Position numbers and translations under genes: made by a program. A DNA stretch of 64,000 bases, from assembly GCA_903860135.1 (NCBI GenBank), contig CAIOPG010000014.1, positions 23,180 through 87,179 on the forward strand. Direction: 5' to 3'. Source of the DNA: Candidatus Omnitrophota bacterium. GTDB lineage: Bacteria > Omnitrophota > Gorgyraeia > Zapsychrales > Fredricksoniimonadaceae. The notes beneath the pieces were generated by a model. It was not told where the DNA came from, made no database searches, and worked only from the letters and a program-made list of their open reading frames with translations. This document shows positions 9,986 through 18,850 of this stretch, in pieces (position 1 is the stretch's first letter; each line of letters opens with the position of its first letter).

Positions 9986-10275
9986 AACCCATCCGTTTTT
10001 TACTTGCCGCCGAACATGACTTGTCTGCTGCAGCAACATTCTATGAAGACAGGGCTCCAGGCCTCGGCAATAAATTCATTGCCTCCGTAGAACGGATCAC
10101 CCACAACATCCACTTCCAGCCTCATCAATATCCTTCATATCAGAACCATGTCCAGCGCGCTATTATCCACGGGTTTCCTTATTCCATCCTATTTATCCAT
10201 GCACCGAAAGAAATAGCCATCGTCGCCATCATGCACGACAAGCGTCGTCCGTTGTACTGGATCAATCGTCGTTAG
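9982..10275 (+). CDS. ParE/RelE family toxin
   Basis: AEHDL..AA.FYE....GLG..F, FPY.I.F, IVAIMH.KRRP.YW..R; overlaps the antitoxin. Confidence 0.88.
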   Translation: MKPIRFLLAAEHDLSAAATFYEDRAPGLGNKFIASVERITHNIHFQPHQYPSYQNHVQRAIIHGFPYSILFIHAPKEIAIVAIMHDKRRPLYWINRR

Positions 10276-10457
10276 TCTATCATCACAATTTCATCATGAA
10301 CTGACGCAGAATACCTATGGATTTAAGTTTTCGCTCCATATAGCGCTATAACTGCAACGACCCCCAATCCCAATATGCCCATCAACACCATAGATTCAAG
10401 AATTTTACGACAATCCTGGCTGCCACGATCAAACGAGAAGACACAGTAGAAACGAAT

Positions 10458-10742
10458 TTACACATTATCTACCATTAAATATTCATCACCTGCCGGGAAT
10501 TTACCCCATGCGTCAAAATCTTCACTTGAATAATTATAAACACGTTCCGGTGCCACATTACGAATATGCCATGCCGTATTTAAATGATGATAAAGATGTG
10601 TCATGTGAACCCCATACTCAGACGCGCAATATTCCTTATTCGATTCCAGCTCCTTAATAATTTTTTCCAATTCTTCTTTGGCTTCCCTCAAATGACACAG
10701 CATCAAACCCACATTCATCAAATCACCTAAATCTTCATCCAT
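10458..10742 (-). CDS. Acidic hypothetical protein
   Basis: 94-aa ORF with GGGAGG RBS and upstream TTGATG-N17-TACAGT; HLYHHLNTAWH motif. Confidence 0.7.
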   Translation of the reverse strand: MDEDLGDLMNVGLMLCHLREAKEELEKIIKELESNKEYCASEYGVHMTHLYHHLNTAWHIRNVAPERVYNYSSEDFDAWGKFPAGDEYLMVDNV

Positions 10743-10788
10743 ATCCGCCCTCCCTGAAATTTAACTGTAAGATAAGAATATTACAACA

Positions 10789-10814
10789 TCAAGACGCCAT
10801 AAGATTCACTCAAA
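10789..10814. repeat. Direct repeat spanning the uvrC stop codon
   Basis: TCAAGACGCCATAAGATTCACTCAAA, partner of 9584-9609. Confidence 0.8.
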
Positions 10815-12050
10815 CACCTTCTTCCCCCTCAACTGACGGTGATACGCTACGGCGAAGCGGTGGGCTTCGTCGCGGGTGCGTTGGAGGAGTTTTAAGGCCA
10901 AGGAATCTTTGGCAAGGATGACGGGGTCGCGCTTGCCGGGGACAAAGACTTCTTCTTCCCGCTTGGCAAGTGAAATCAGCGGGATCTGGATATCGAGTTT
11001 CTTGAGCTCGTCGGATGCGGCGGAAAGCTGGCCCTTGCCGCCATCGATGATGATCAGGTCAGGATAGGCAACACCTTCCCGCTGGAGGCGGCCATAGCGC
11101 CGGCGCACGACTTCGGCGACCATCCTGAAATCATCCATGCCCGCCACCGCCTTGATGCGGAAACGGCGATAACGGGCTTTGTCGGGCTTGCCATTTAAGA
11201 AAGACACCAGCGACCCTACGGACAGTTCCCCCATAGTCGTCGATATATCAATGCACTCCAGGCGCTCGGGCCGGCGCGCGAGGTGGAACGCGCGTTCAAG
11301 CTGTTCAGCTTCCTTGAAATAATTCGCATCCGCATTCGAGGCATACAGCGCCCCAATGGCCCGCAAGCGGTCACGCATAGCCCCTGCTTGCTCAAAGAGG
11401 CGTCCGGCTGACAAACGCTCCATGTCCTCTTGCAGCGCCCGATAAAGGTCATCTCGGCGGCCCTCAAGGATCAGCGCAATGCTTTTGATATGACGGCGAT
11501 ATTCTTCTGACGATGTTTTGCCAATACACGGCGCATCGCACAGGCCAATATTGTGATACAGGCACACCTTCTTCGGCATCACGGCACACGTACGAAACGG
11601 GAACACCTTGCGGATAAGGACCAACGCCTCACGGATCAGCGCGGCATCCACATACGGGCCGAAATAATGCGCCTTTGGCTTTCTGTCGTTGACACCTGTC
11701 AGACGCACCACCGACACCAGCGGAAATTTATCGCCAGTGACCTCGATGTAAGGATACGACTTGCCATCCTTCAGTTCGATGTTGTAGCGGGGCATGTGCT
11801 CTTTGACAAGCGCGGCTTCGAGGATCAACGCCTCGGCCTCGCTATGGGTCAGACGCACCTCGATATCAGCGATATTGTCCACTAGCAATCCGGTCTTCAG
11901 GCTTCGTGAAGCCCCGCGAAAATACGACTGCACACGCCGCCGGAGATTCACGGCCTTGCCGACATAAATGACCTTGCCGGCGCTATTTTTCATGAGATAC
12001 ACACCACTGGTCAACGGAAGGACTGCTATTTTATCAGAAAGAAAGGACAT
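10806..12050 (-). CDS. uvrC: Excinuclease ABC subunit C (short, no C-terminal HhH)
   Basis: GIY-YIG (GVYLMK, IYVGKA), Cys cluster, UVR motif, ECIDIS, IDGGKGQL, RDEAHRFA; start MSFLSDK with GGAG RBS. Confidence 0.95.
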   Translation of the reverse strand: MSFLSDKIAVLPLTSGVYLMKNSAGKVIYVGKAVNLRRRVQSYFRGASRSLKTGLLVDNIADIEVRLTHSEAEALILEAALVKEHMPRYNIELKDGKSYPYIEVTGDKFPLVSVVRLTGVNDRKPKAHYFGPYVDAALIREALVLIRKVFPFRTCAVMPKKVCLYHNIGLCDAPCIGKTSSEEYRRHIKSIALILEGRRDDLYRALQEDMERLSAGRLFEQAGAMRDRLRAIGALYASNADANYFKEAEQLERAFHLARRPERLECIDISTTMGELSVGSLVSFLNGKPDKARYRRFRIKAVAGMDDFRMVAEVVRRRYGRLQREGVAYPDLIIIDGGKGQLSAASDELKKLDIQIPLISLAKREEEVFVPGKRDPVILAKDSLALKLLQRTRDEAHRFAVAYHRQLRGKKVFE

Positions 12051-12069
12051 CTCCTGCTCCAGGAAGAAA

Positions 12070-13632
12070 TCAACGCTTGAATAATTTTCCTGCCTGCCTG
12101 GCCTGGGGAAGGCCAAGGGCATACGCAACGGCAAAATATACCGCGCCGCCCAATACAGCAGCCAGGAAAAGACGCACCGCTTCCGGCACACCGGCAAACC
12201 ATTGCCATACGCCCAGGATCACAAGTCCCATCACAACACCAGCAATGAAAAGTTTCACGAAAAACGCCTGGAACGCAAGCGTCAACCCGCCGATACGGCG
12301 CTCAAGGATCATGAACAGCGACCCCACATTCACCAGCGACGCCACCGCGCTCGCCAGCGCGATCCCGGCCAGCTTCATCGGAAACATCAGGATCACATTC
12401 AGCACGACATTAACGACCAAACAAAGCACCGCCGCCTTGACCGGCGTGCGTGTGTCCTGCATGGCGTGAAACGCGGACGCCAGGATCTTCACCCCGCCAT
12501 AACCCATCAACCCTAGGCTGAAATAAAACAATACCGATGCTGTTACTGCCGTTGAGCCGGCATCAAAAACGCCCCGCTGAAAGATCACACGGATCAAGGG
12601 TTCAGCCAAAAGGCAAAGGAAGATCGTCGTAGGCAGCATCACAAAGAAAATATTCTCGAGCGCGAACACAATGGTGCGCCGAAGCTCCGCCTTATTATCC
12701 GCCACCACATGACGGGCAAATGCCGGCAAGATTGCCGCTGCCAGCGCCACACCGAACACCCCCATGGGAAAAAGGACAATGCGATTGGCATAATATATGG
12801 CCGAAATCCCGCCAGCACCAACGATCGTCGACAGAGAAGCACAGATGGTATCTACGAACACATTCAACTGATACACGGCGGAGCCGACCAGCCGCGGCAA
12901 CAAAAGCCGCCCGATCTGGCGCGCCCCCGGATGACTCAATGAACCCGGCCACCGTAGCTGAACCCCGTGTTTAACGAGCGGCCGCCACTGAAAAACAAAC
13001 TGCATCACCCCACCCACCACCACGCCCAGCGCCAGCCCGTACACCGGCTCCTTCATCCAGAACACCGCCATCAGGGTCGAGGCAATGAGCGCCACATTGA
13101 GCAGGCATGGTCCAAACGCCGGCATCATGAACGCGCCATAGGTAAACTGAATCGACGAGAAAAGCGCGGTCATCCCGATCAGGACAAGGTAAGGGAACAT
13201 GATCCGCGTCAGGTCGACCGTCGTCTGCATCTTGGCCGCATCTTCGGTGAACCCCGGTGCCATTACCCGCACAATAGCCGGCGCAAAAAGAATGCACACC
13301 AGGGTGATCGCGCACAGGATAATGAACGCCCAGGCCGCGGCCGCATTGAGAAAACCCGCCAGTTCAGCCGGCTTTCTATCCTTATATTCAGTCATGACCG
13401 GAACGAACGAGGAATTCGCCGCACCTTCACCGATAATATCCCGGAAAAGATTGGGCAGACGAAAAGCCAGCACAAAAGCATCGGCCACAGCCGCTGTCCC
13501 AAAAAACCGCGCGAAGATAATATCGCGCACAAAACCCAGCACCCGGCTGGCCAATGTCCCCAAGGACATGATGGAGGTTGAACGCAGAATGGCCTTGAGC
13601 GAGTGAAGCGGTGCTATTTTATCGGTTGACAT
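12070..13632 (-). CDS. murJ: Lipid II flippase MurJ
   Basis: SRVLGFVRD, ADAF..AFRLPN.FR....EGA, F.A..DTRTP. Confidence 0.97.
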   Translation of the reverse strand: MSTDKIAPLHSLKAILRSTSIMSLGTLASRVLGFVRDIIFARFFGTAAVADAFVLAFRLPNLFRDIIGEGAANSSFVPVMTEYKDRKPAELAGFLNAAAAWAFIILCAITLVCILFAPAIVRVMAPGFTEDAAKMQTTVDLTRIMFPYLVLIGMTALFSSIQFTYGAFMMPAFGPCLLNVALIASTLMAVFWMKEPVYGLALGVVVGGVMQFVFQWRPLVKHGVQLRWPGSLSHPGARQIGRLLLPRLVGSAVYQLNVFVDTICASLSTIVGAGGISAIYYANRIVLFPMGVFGVALAAAILPAFARHVVADNKAELRRTIVFALENIFFVMLPTTIFLCLLAEPLIRVIFQRGVFDAGSTAVTASVLFYFSLGLMGYGGVKILASAFHAMQDTRTPVKAAVLCLVVNVVLNVILMFPMKLAGIALASAVASLVNVGSLFMILERRIGGLTLAFQAFFVKLFIAGVVMGLVILGVWQWFAGVPEAVRLFLAAVLGGAVYFAVAYALGLPQARQAGKLFKR

Positions 13633-13687
13633 AAAAAATTCCGTTTGTTATACTTCAAATTCAACTTTATAAACAAGGAGTTTCAAC

Positions 13688-13960
13688 GTGCCTCAACGCA
13701 AGACAGCTGTAAAAGACCTCAAGAAAAACCGTGCGCGCCAGATGCATAACCTTGACATTAAATCCGCCCTGCGGAAAACCGTCAAGGAATTCGTCGCAAC
13801 CACCGCATCTGACGAAAAGAAAGCCAAAGAATTGTTGCCGCTTGTCTACAAGAAGTTTGACAAAGCCGCCAAAGGCAACATCATGCACAAAAAGACCGCC
13901 GCGCGCCGCAAATCGCGTTACGCTAAACTTTTGAACGCCGCGCAAGCTCCGAAAGCTTGA
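13688..13960 (+). CDS. rpsT: 30S ribosomal protein S20
   Basis: KSALRK.VK, DKAAK..I.HK..AAR.KSR; GTG start with AAGGAG. Confidence 0.95.
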   Translation: MPQRKTAVKDLKKNRARQMHNLDIKSALRKTVKEFVATTASDEKKAKELLPLVYKKFDKAAKGNIMHKKTAARRKSRYAKLLNAAQAPKA

Positions 13961-14579
13961 TTGACGCGACTTCAATGATCTGTTCACGCGTGAGCAACTT
14001 TGATAATTTTATTCTCTCATCGGCCTCCTGGATCACCAGGAGGCCTTTTTTGTAATTATCCGCCGGGATTGTACCCTTAACCTTCACACACCACCACCAG
14101 CGCAACGCCCCCAGTACATTTTCAGCCACATCATCAGCCAAAAACGTTTGAAGCTCCAGAAGAAACCCGGCACGGTCAGACAAAACCGCATTGAATAAAT
14201 CAAAAATTATTTTCTTGTCACCATCGCCGGACACCTTAAGTTTGCCAGCAATGCGCTTGCGCAACGCATGACGGCGATCCCAGGCCGGAGCCTCGAGGAT
14301 GATCACACAGCCATCGGTCTTTTGATCCAAAACATGTTCAATGAGCTCGAGATTCCGGTCATCCAGTTTATCGGCACCGCTGATCAAAACGACACGCCGC
14401 CACGCCACAATCGGCACCGTTAGAAGCGCTGTTTTCAGGTCATTGAAATCAAGCTCTTTGGCATCCAGACGGGAAAAATCGAGCTTGACGATATCAGAAG
14501 TCTTGAAGAAACGGGATTGGATCTCGTGCAGGATCTTGTCGCGCAGGGTGGTATCGGTCCCGAGGATCAACTGGTGCAT
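13923..14579 (-). CDS. holA: DNA polymerase III delta subunit-like (short)
   Basis: LILG.D, T.P....RRVVLI..ADKL, EADERIK; lptE-holA-rpsT synteny. Confidence 0.7.
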   Translation of the reverse strand: MHQLILGTDTTLRDKILHEIQSRFFKTSDIVKLDFSRLDAKELDFNDLKTALLTVPIVAWRRVVLISGADKLDDRNLELIEHVLDQKTDGCVIILEAPAWDRRHALRKRIAGKLKVSGDGDKKIIFDLFNAVLSDRAGFLLELQTFLADDVAENVLGALRWWWCVKVKGTIPADNYKKGLLVIQEADERIKLSKLLTREQIIEVASIKLSELARRSKV

Positions 14580-14610
14580 CGCGCGTTAACCCCCGTCAGT
14601 CTTAAAGCCG

Positions 14611-15117
14611 TTACCAGGCCTCGACCGTGCGTGCCACCACGCGCAACGCGAGGTCTTTGAGCGCGGCATCCATAGCCGCAGATTCAGGCGTGGATGTATA
14701 ATAAGTAGCCTCTCCCACAAAAGAAGGCTCTTCCCAGACAACCTTGTTGGTAACCGGATCCCAAAGCGTCAGGGCCACCGTCACACGGATACGGTATTCC
14801 TTAACAGTAGCATTCTGGTCAAGGCGCAGCTCCTCGCGTTCAAATCCCAACAACTGCCCCTTGAGCACAAGGTCAGCGGTATCCTCGGCCGCAAGGCGCA
14901 GATTGCCATCAAACAAATAACGATCCACAATAACTTCGCGCGCCTTCCCCTCAAGTCCCGGCACATAAACACGGCGAGTGTCCTGGGCCATATAATTGAT
15001 CTTGTTTTCAAACGGCGCCACAAATATCGTACGGTATTGATCAGAAACAAGCGAACGTGTGGAATAACCACAGCCGGCCACCACCACCGCCATCAGCAGA
15101 AGGAACATTTTTTTCAT
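14611..15117 (-). CDS. lptE: LptE family lipoprotein
   Basis: Lipobox VAGC-GY, TIFVAPFEN, ADLVLKG, EYRI.VTV, WE; synteny. Confidence 0.85.
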   Translation of the reverse strand: MKKMFLLLMAVVVAGCGYSTRSLVSDQYRTIFVAPFENKINYMAQDTRRVYVPGLEGKAREVIVDRYLFDGNLRLAAEDTADLVLKGQLLGFEREELRLDQNATVKEYRIRVTVALTLWDPVTNKVVWEEPSFVGEATYYTSTPESAAMDAALKDLALRVVARTVEAW

Positions 15118-16076
15118 GGCGCATCCCCCGGGAGGCTCTTCAGTTTTTCCGTTGCCCGGGCAGCCCACGCGGTTGCGGCATATTTGTCGACAACCACCTG
15201 CCAGTACAACCGGGCAGACTTGTATCGCTTGTGCTTGGCGTAAAACTCACCGATAACAAAGTTATTCTCCGCTTCTTTCGCCGTCAACTTCTGAACCTCG
15301 GCCTTGGCCGCAGGTGAAAGTTCGGAATCAGGATTCATCTTCACATAATCCTCAAAGCCGCTCACCGCGATCGACGTGGTCTTCTGGTCATACTGCGCCC
15401 CGACAGAACGCTTGGCATCGGCCACCGCGATCTGATAACGCGCCGAATCCGCCCATTTGGAATCAGGATAATCACTGATCGTCTTTTCAAACGCATCGCG
15501 TGCCTGCTGGTAATCTGCTTTCTCAAGATAAAAAAGCCCGATCTTATATTGGGACGCCGGCGCATTGGGGCCGTAAGGGTCATTCTTGATGATCTTCAGA
15601 AAAACTTCCGGGATCTGATAATCCGTACCAAAGAGCGACCGGGCAAATTCCTTGTCACTGGCCTTGCCTTCAAGGAAAAGATTCACAATAAAATATTGGT
15701 GCTCAACAACTTTCGGCCCTAGATCGCTAAAGGGATAGCGATCAACAACCTTCTGGTATTCCCCCACCGCGCGCCAATACTTCTTCAATGCTTCCCAGGC
15801 ACGGCCAATGCCAAACTGCGCCAGTGCCGCTTCCCGCGCCTTGGGGTAATGCGTGAGCAACTTCTTATACTCCCGCATCGCATCCTGGTACTTCTTGATT
15901 TTGAAGAATTCATCGGCATACACCAGCTGTTCGGCCGGAGATGGTTTGACGCTGTATTTAGGATTGACCCATTTGCCTGACTCCGGCGTCCATATCCAGA
16001 ACGCAGAAGCCGGCACAGGCACAGAAACAAGCGCTGCGGCAACAAGGAGATATATAAAGAAAGGTTTGATTTGCAT
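15114..16076 (-). CDS. bamD: Outer membrane assembly factor BamD-like TPR protein
   Basis: Repeated TPR/YP.S motifs, IGEFY....YKSA..Y. Confidence 0.8.
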   Translation of the reverse strand: MQIKPFFIYLLVAAALVSVPVPASAFWIWTPESGKWVNPKYSVKPSPAEQLVYADEFFKIKKYQDAMREYKKLLTHYPKAREAALAQFGIGRAWEALKKYWRAVGEYQKVVDRYPFSDLGPKVVEHQYFIVNLFLEGKASDKEFARSLFGTDYQIPEVFLKIIKNDPYGPNAPASQYKIGLFYLEKADYQQARDAFEKTISDYPDSKWADSARYQIAVADAKRSVGAQYDQKTTSIAVSGFEDYVKMNPDSELSPAAKAEVQKLTAKEAENNFVIGEFYAKHKRYKSARLYWQVVVDKYAATAWAARATEKLKSLPGDAP

Positions 16077-16097
16077 AGGCTATTAATTAGTTCGGAC

Positions 16098-16126
16098 ACT
16101 TTATCATAGGGGGGGGGCTTTGTCAA
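16098..16126 (-). promoter_or_regulatory. Sigma70 promoter for bamD with C9 tract in the spacer
   Basis: Minus strand TTGACA-aagccccccccctatga-TAAAGT (17-nt spacer). Confidence 0.6.
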
Positions 16127-16154
16127 TCAGGGGGCAAGCAAGATCGAAAAGCAC

Positions 16155-16559
16155 TCACAAGAAAACAGCCGGACTGACATTGAAGCGTTCGCTTAATCGT
16201 TGTATCTGCCCGACATTCAACTGACGCTTGCCATGCAAGACCTCAGAAACTACGCCCTGGGAACCTATTTCCGGCAAGTCATTCTGATGAAGGCCGTGTT
16301 CATTCATGAGATATTTAAGCGCCTCTACGCCAGAAACATCCTTCAAGGCATGATGTTCGGCTTCATAATTTTCGATCACGATCCCGAATACTTTCAGAAA
16401 ATTATATAAAGGATGCTTTTCATTATCGCCCACCTCATCGAGCAATGGATGCAGGATATTAATAGCCGCGCTGTAATCACGCGGCGTGCGGATAGAAAAA
16501 TAATCCGCCACCGCAGGCCAGGATCTTTCAAGGATCGGAGCATCCATTGTCTTAAGCAT
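16155..16559 (-). CDS. higA: HigA antitoxin (HTH)
   Basis: IENYE.EH, LKYLM.EHGL.Q.DLPEIGSQ.VVSEVL.GKR.LN..QI..LS.RF.VSP.VF. Confidence 0.9.
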   Translation of the reverse strand: MLKTMDAPILERSWPAVADYFSIRTPRDYSAAINILHPLLDEVGDNEKHPLYNFLKVFGIVIENYEAEHHALKDVSGVEALKYLMNEHGLHQNDLPEIGSQGVVSEVLHGKRQLNVGQIQRLSERFNVSPAVFL

Positions 16560-16842
16560 TTTTCCACCTCTGCTGGTCATATTCCTGATGCGTCATAATA
16601 TGACGCACGTAAATAGTCCCGTAATTGAAATGAATCACAGCCACTAACCGATATTTGTTACCGCCAATATTAAATACAACCTTATCCTTTACCTTGTCGG
16701 CTGTCCTGAATGTCCGGCGCAGATCATTGAATGAAGCATACGTCGACACTTTAAGGATCTTAAACCAAACCCTCAACGGCATTTCGCTGTCCGGATGCTT
16801 TTCCCAAAAATCTGTTAAGGCCTTCCTTGAAATGATCCGCAT
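16552..16842 (-). CDS. higB: HigB toxin
   Basis: MRIISRKAL.DFW.KHPD, VFNIGGNKYRL, THQEYD..W; toxin upstream of antitoxin. Confidence 0.92.
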   Translation of the reverse strand: MRIISRKALTDFWEKHPDSEMPLRVWFKILKVSTYASFNDLRRTFRTADKVKDKVVFNIGGNKYRLVAVIHFNYGTIYVRHIMTHQEYDQQRWKNA

Positions 16843-16886
16843 AGGAACTTTCTCCATTTAAAGAATATCTCATATTGAGATTATTG

Positions 16887-18398
16887 TCAAGGCCGATAAC
16901 CTTGCCGGTCAGATGAATAAGACCACCCCAATAGACATCCCAGCACCCCGTAATAAGCGGCGAGGATCCAGATGGACATGGCGGGGCAGGGGATCACAGG
17001 CACCTGGCTGGCGGCGACAAGGATGGCGACAGATATATTCAACACAACTTTCAACGCTAAGGCAAATGGCGGGGCCAGCACAGGGCACATAAAACCTGCG
17101 GCCAATAGCACAGCCCCAAGGCCGGTGACAAGCGCCATCAACGGGATCACAGGCAGATTGACCAGAAGGCCGACGGGCGGCAGATAACCAAAGTCATACG
17201 CCAGGATACCGGCCGAACCAATGAAGGCCGCGAGGGTAACCGCCGCGCTTTCGACCAAAAACCACAGCACCGGACGCTCCTTCCATCCCCGCGCTTCAAA
17301 CGGGGCAAGGAACAAAGGCGCCATGCTGATCAATGAGGCCACACACACGAAGGAAAGCTGAAAACCGATATCATGCAGTTGTCCGGGATCAGCCGCCAGA
17401 ATAACAAGGGCCGCCAATGCCAGGCTGTTGACCATGTCGGACTCGCGTTCGACAACAAAACTCACAATGACCGCACCGGCCATCAACGCCGCCCGCAGGA
17501 CAGGCGCACTATTGCCCGCCATCAAAGAATACGCACCAAGGATCACCGCCGCCAGGATGGCACGCGGCGCGCGCGGGATACGCATCACCCCTAGAATTAA
17601 CACAACCCCGGCGGCTGTGAGCGTCATGTTCATCCCACTGATGGCAATGATGTGCGCGGTACCGGTCTTGCGGAATACATCATACACATACCCCGGGATC
17701 CCGCCGCGCGGCCCCAAGAGCATCGCATTCATGAGGCCTGCCTCGCCTGGCGACAAATAACGCCGAAACACATCTTCCAGGGAATGCCGCACCATCATTA
17801 ACGCAGCATCCAACGACCATGCCGGATGCAAACTTGATAATTCCCTGCGTGATGCCTTGGAAACATGCAAGACAACCCGGGTGTCCGCAATCTCTTGAGA
17901 CGCCGATAGAAGTTTCTTGATACCTAACGTCCCCTGAAAAGGGCGTGACAATTTACCCGTCAATCTGACACGATCCCCCTGAACAAAGCCTGCACCTCCG
18001 TAAAGATGCACCACGATCGTGCCAGAACGACAGATCCCTTTGTGCGGATCAAGAGCACAGGCAAAGATCGTCCTCGGGATAAAGCCCTTGCCTTTTATTT
18101 CAGGAATCGACGCAATCTGGCACACCACCTCAACCTTACGCCCCCGCGCTTCTTCGAGCACCCGGCTCACATGATCAAGCGGCACAAGCCCCTTGGACCA
18201 CGCGGCAAACATCCCGCATAAGACCAGGAAAAGAAACACCGCCGGTTTAAAGAACACCCGGCGGATCCTGCCCATAACAAGCAAAACCACCATGCCTGCC
18301 AATAAAAACCAAACAAGCGGTAATACCCCACAAACATTCTCGAGCACAATGCCCATCGTGAATGCCACAGCCAATAAAACGCCAGGCCGATGCCTCAC
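16887..18398 (-). CDS. comEC: ComEC/Rec2 competence membrane protein (no beta-lactamase domain)
   Basis: F..TG.AHIIAISG, S.PVLRAA.M, GFQLSF. Confidence 0.9.
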   Translation of the reverse strand: MRHRPGVLLAVAFTMGIVLENVCGVLPLVWFLLAGMVVLLVMGRIRRVFFKPAVFLFLVLCGMFAAWSKGLVPLDHVSRVLEEARGRKVEVVCQIASIPEIKGKGFIPRTIFACALDPHKGICRSGTIVVHLYGGAGFVQGDRVRLTGKLSRPFQGTLGIKKLLSASQEIADTRVVLHVSKASRRELSSLHPAWSLDAALMMVRHSLEDVFRRYLSPGEAGLMNAMLLGPRGGIPGYVYDVFRKTGTAHIIAISGMNMTLTAAGVVLILGVMRIPRAPRAILAAVILGAYSLMAGNSAPVLRAALMAGAVIVSFVVERESDMVNSLALAALVILAADPGQLHDIGFQLSFVCVASLISMAPLFLAPFEARGWKERPVLWFLVESAAVTLAAFIGSAGILAYDFGYLPPVGLLVNLPVIPLMALVTGLGAVLLAAGFMCPVLAPPFALALKVVLNISVAILVAASQVPVIPCPAMSIWILAAYYGVLGCLLGWSYSSDRQGYRP

Positions 18399-18748
18399 GG
18401 CGCCCCCAGCATCAGTCCTGACAATGCCCGATCAAAACTCTTGCGCGAAAACCCCTTAATCTTGCGCAGTTCCTCCAAAGACGTAAAACGCCCCTTGGCC
18501 TCACGCGCATAAATGATCCGTGCCGCCGTCGACGAACCAATGCCGGGAACAGATACAAGCTGCTCATATGACGCTTTATTAATATCAACTTTAATGCGGG
18601 GCGCTGGCGTATCGAGCACTTTTAACGTCGCATACACCGGGGGGTGCAGTTTCCCGATAATATCCAGGCAGATTCCGCAGAAGAACGCCGCGCCAACAAA
18701 GATAATGGCCCGGCGTTCATGAGGTGTCAACAACAACATCGCACGCAT
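18395..18748 (-). CDS. comEA: ComEA-like helix-hairpin-helix DNA-binding protein
   Basis: VDINKAS.EQL..VPGIG...A.RII..R...G.F.SLEEL.KIKG. Confidence 0.88.
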   Translation of the reverse strand: MRAMLLLTPHERRAIIFVGAAFFCGICLDIIGKLHPPVYATLKVLDTPAPRIKVDINKASYEQLVSVPGIGSSTAARIIYAREAKGRFTSLEELRKIKGFSRKSFDRALSGLMLGAP

Positions 18749-18850
18749 CCTGTATTAAGGATCGCGCTTTTAAAGACGGGGGCGGGAAAACTTCAAGGGT
18801 GAATCGATAATAACAATGAAAACGCAATTTGTCAAAAAATCAAATTCTCT

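Noticed and set aside
10323-10396. Short hydrophobic minus-strand peptide MVLMGILGLGVVAVIALYGAKT as a type I toxin
   Set aside because: No RBS or antisense partner visible; may be a gene remnant
12051-12197. N-terminal extension of uvrC in the ORF track
   Set aside because: It overlaps murJ; ATG at 12050 has an RBS and matches the UvrC start
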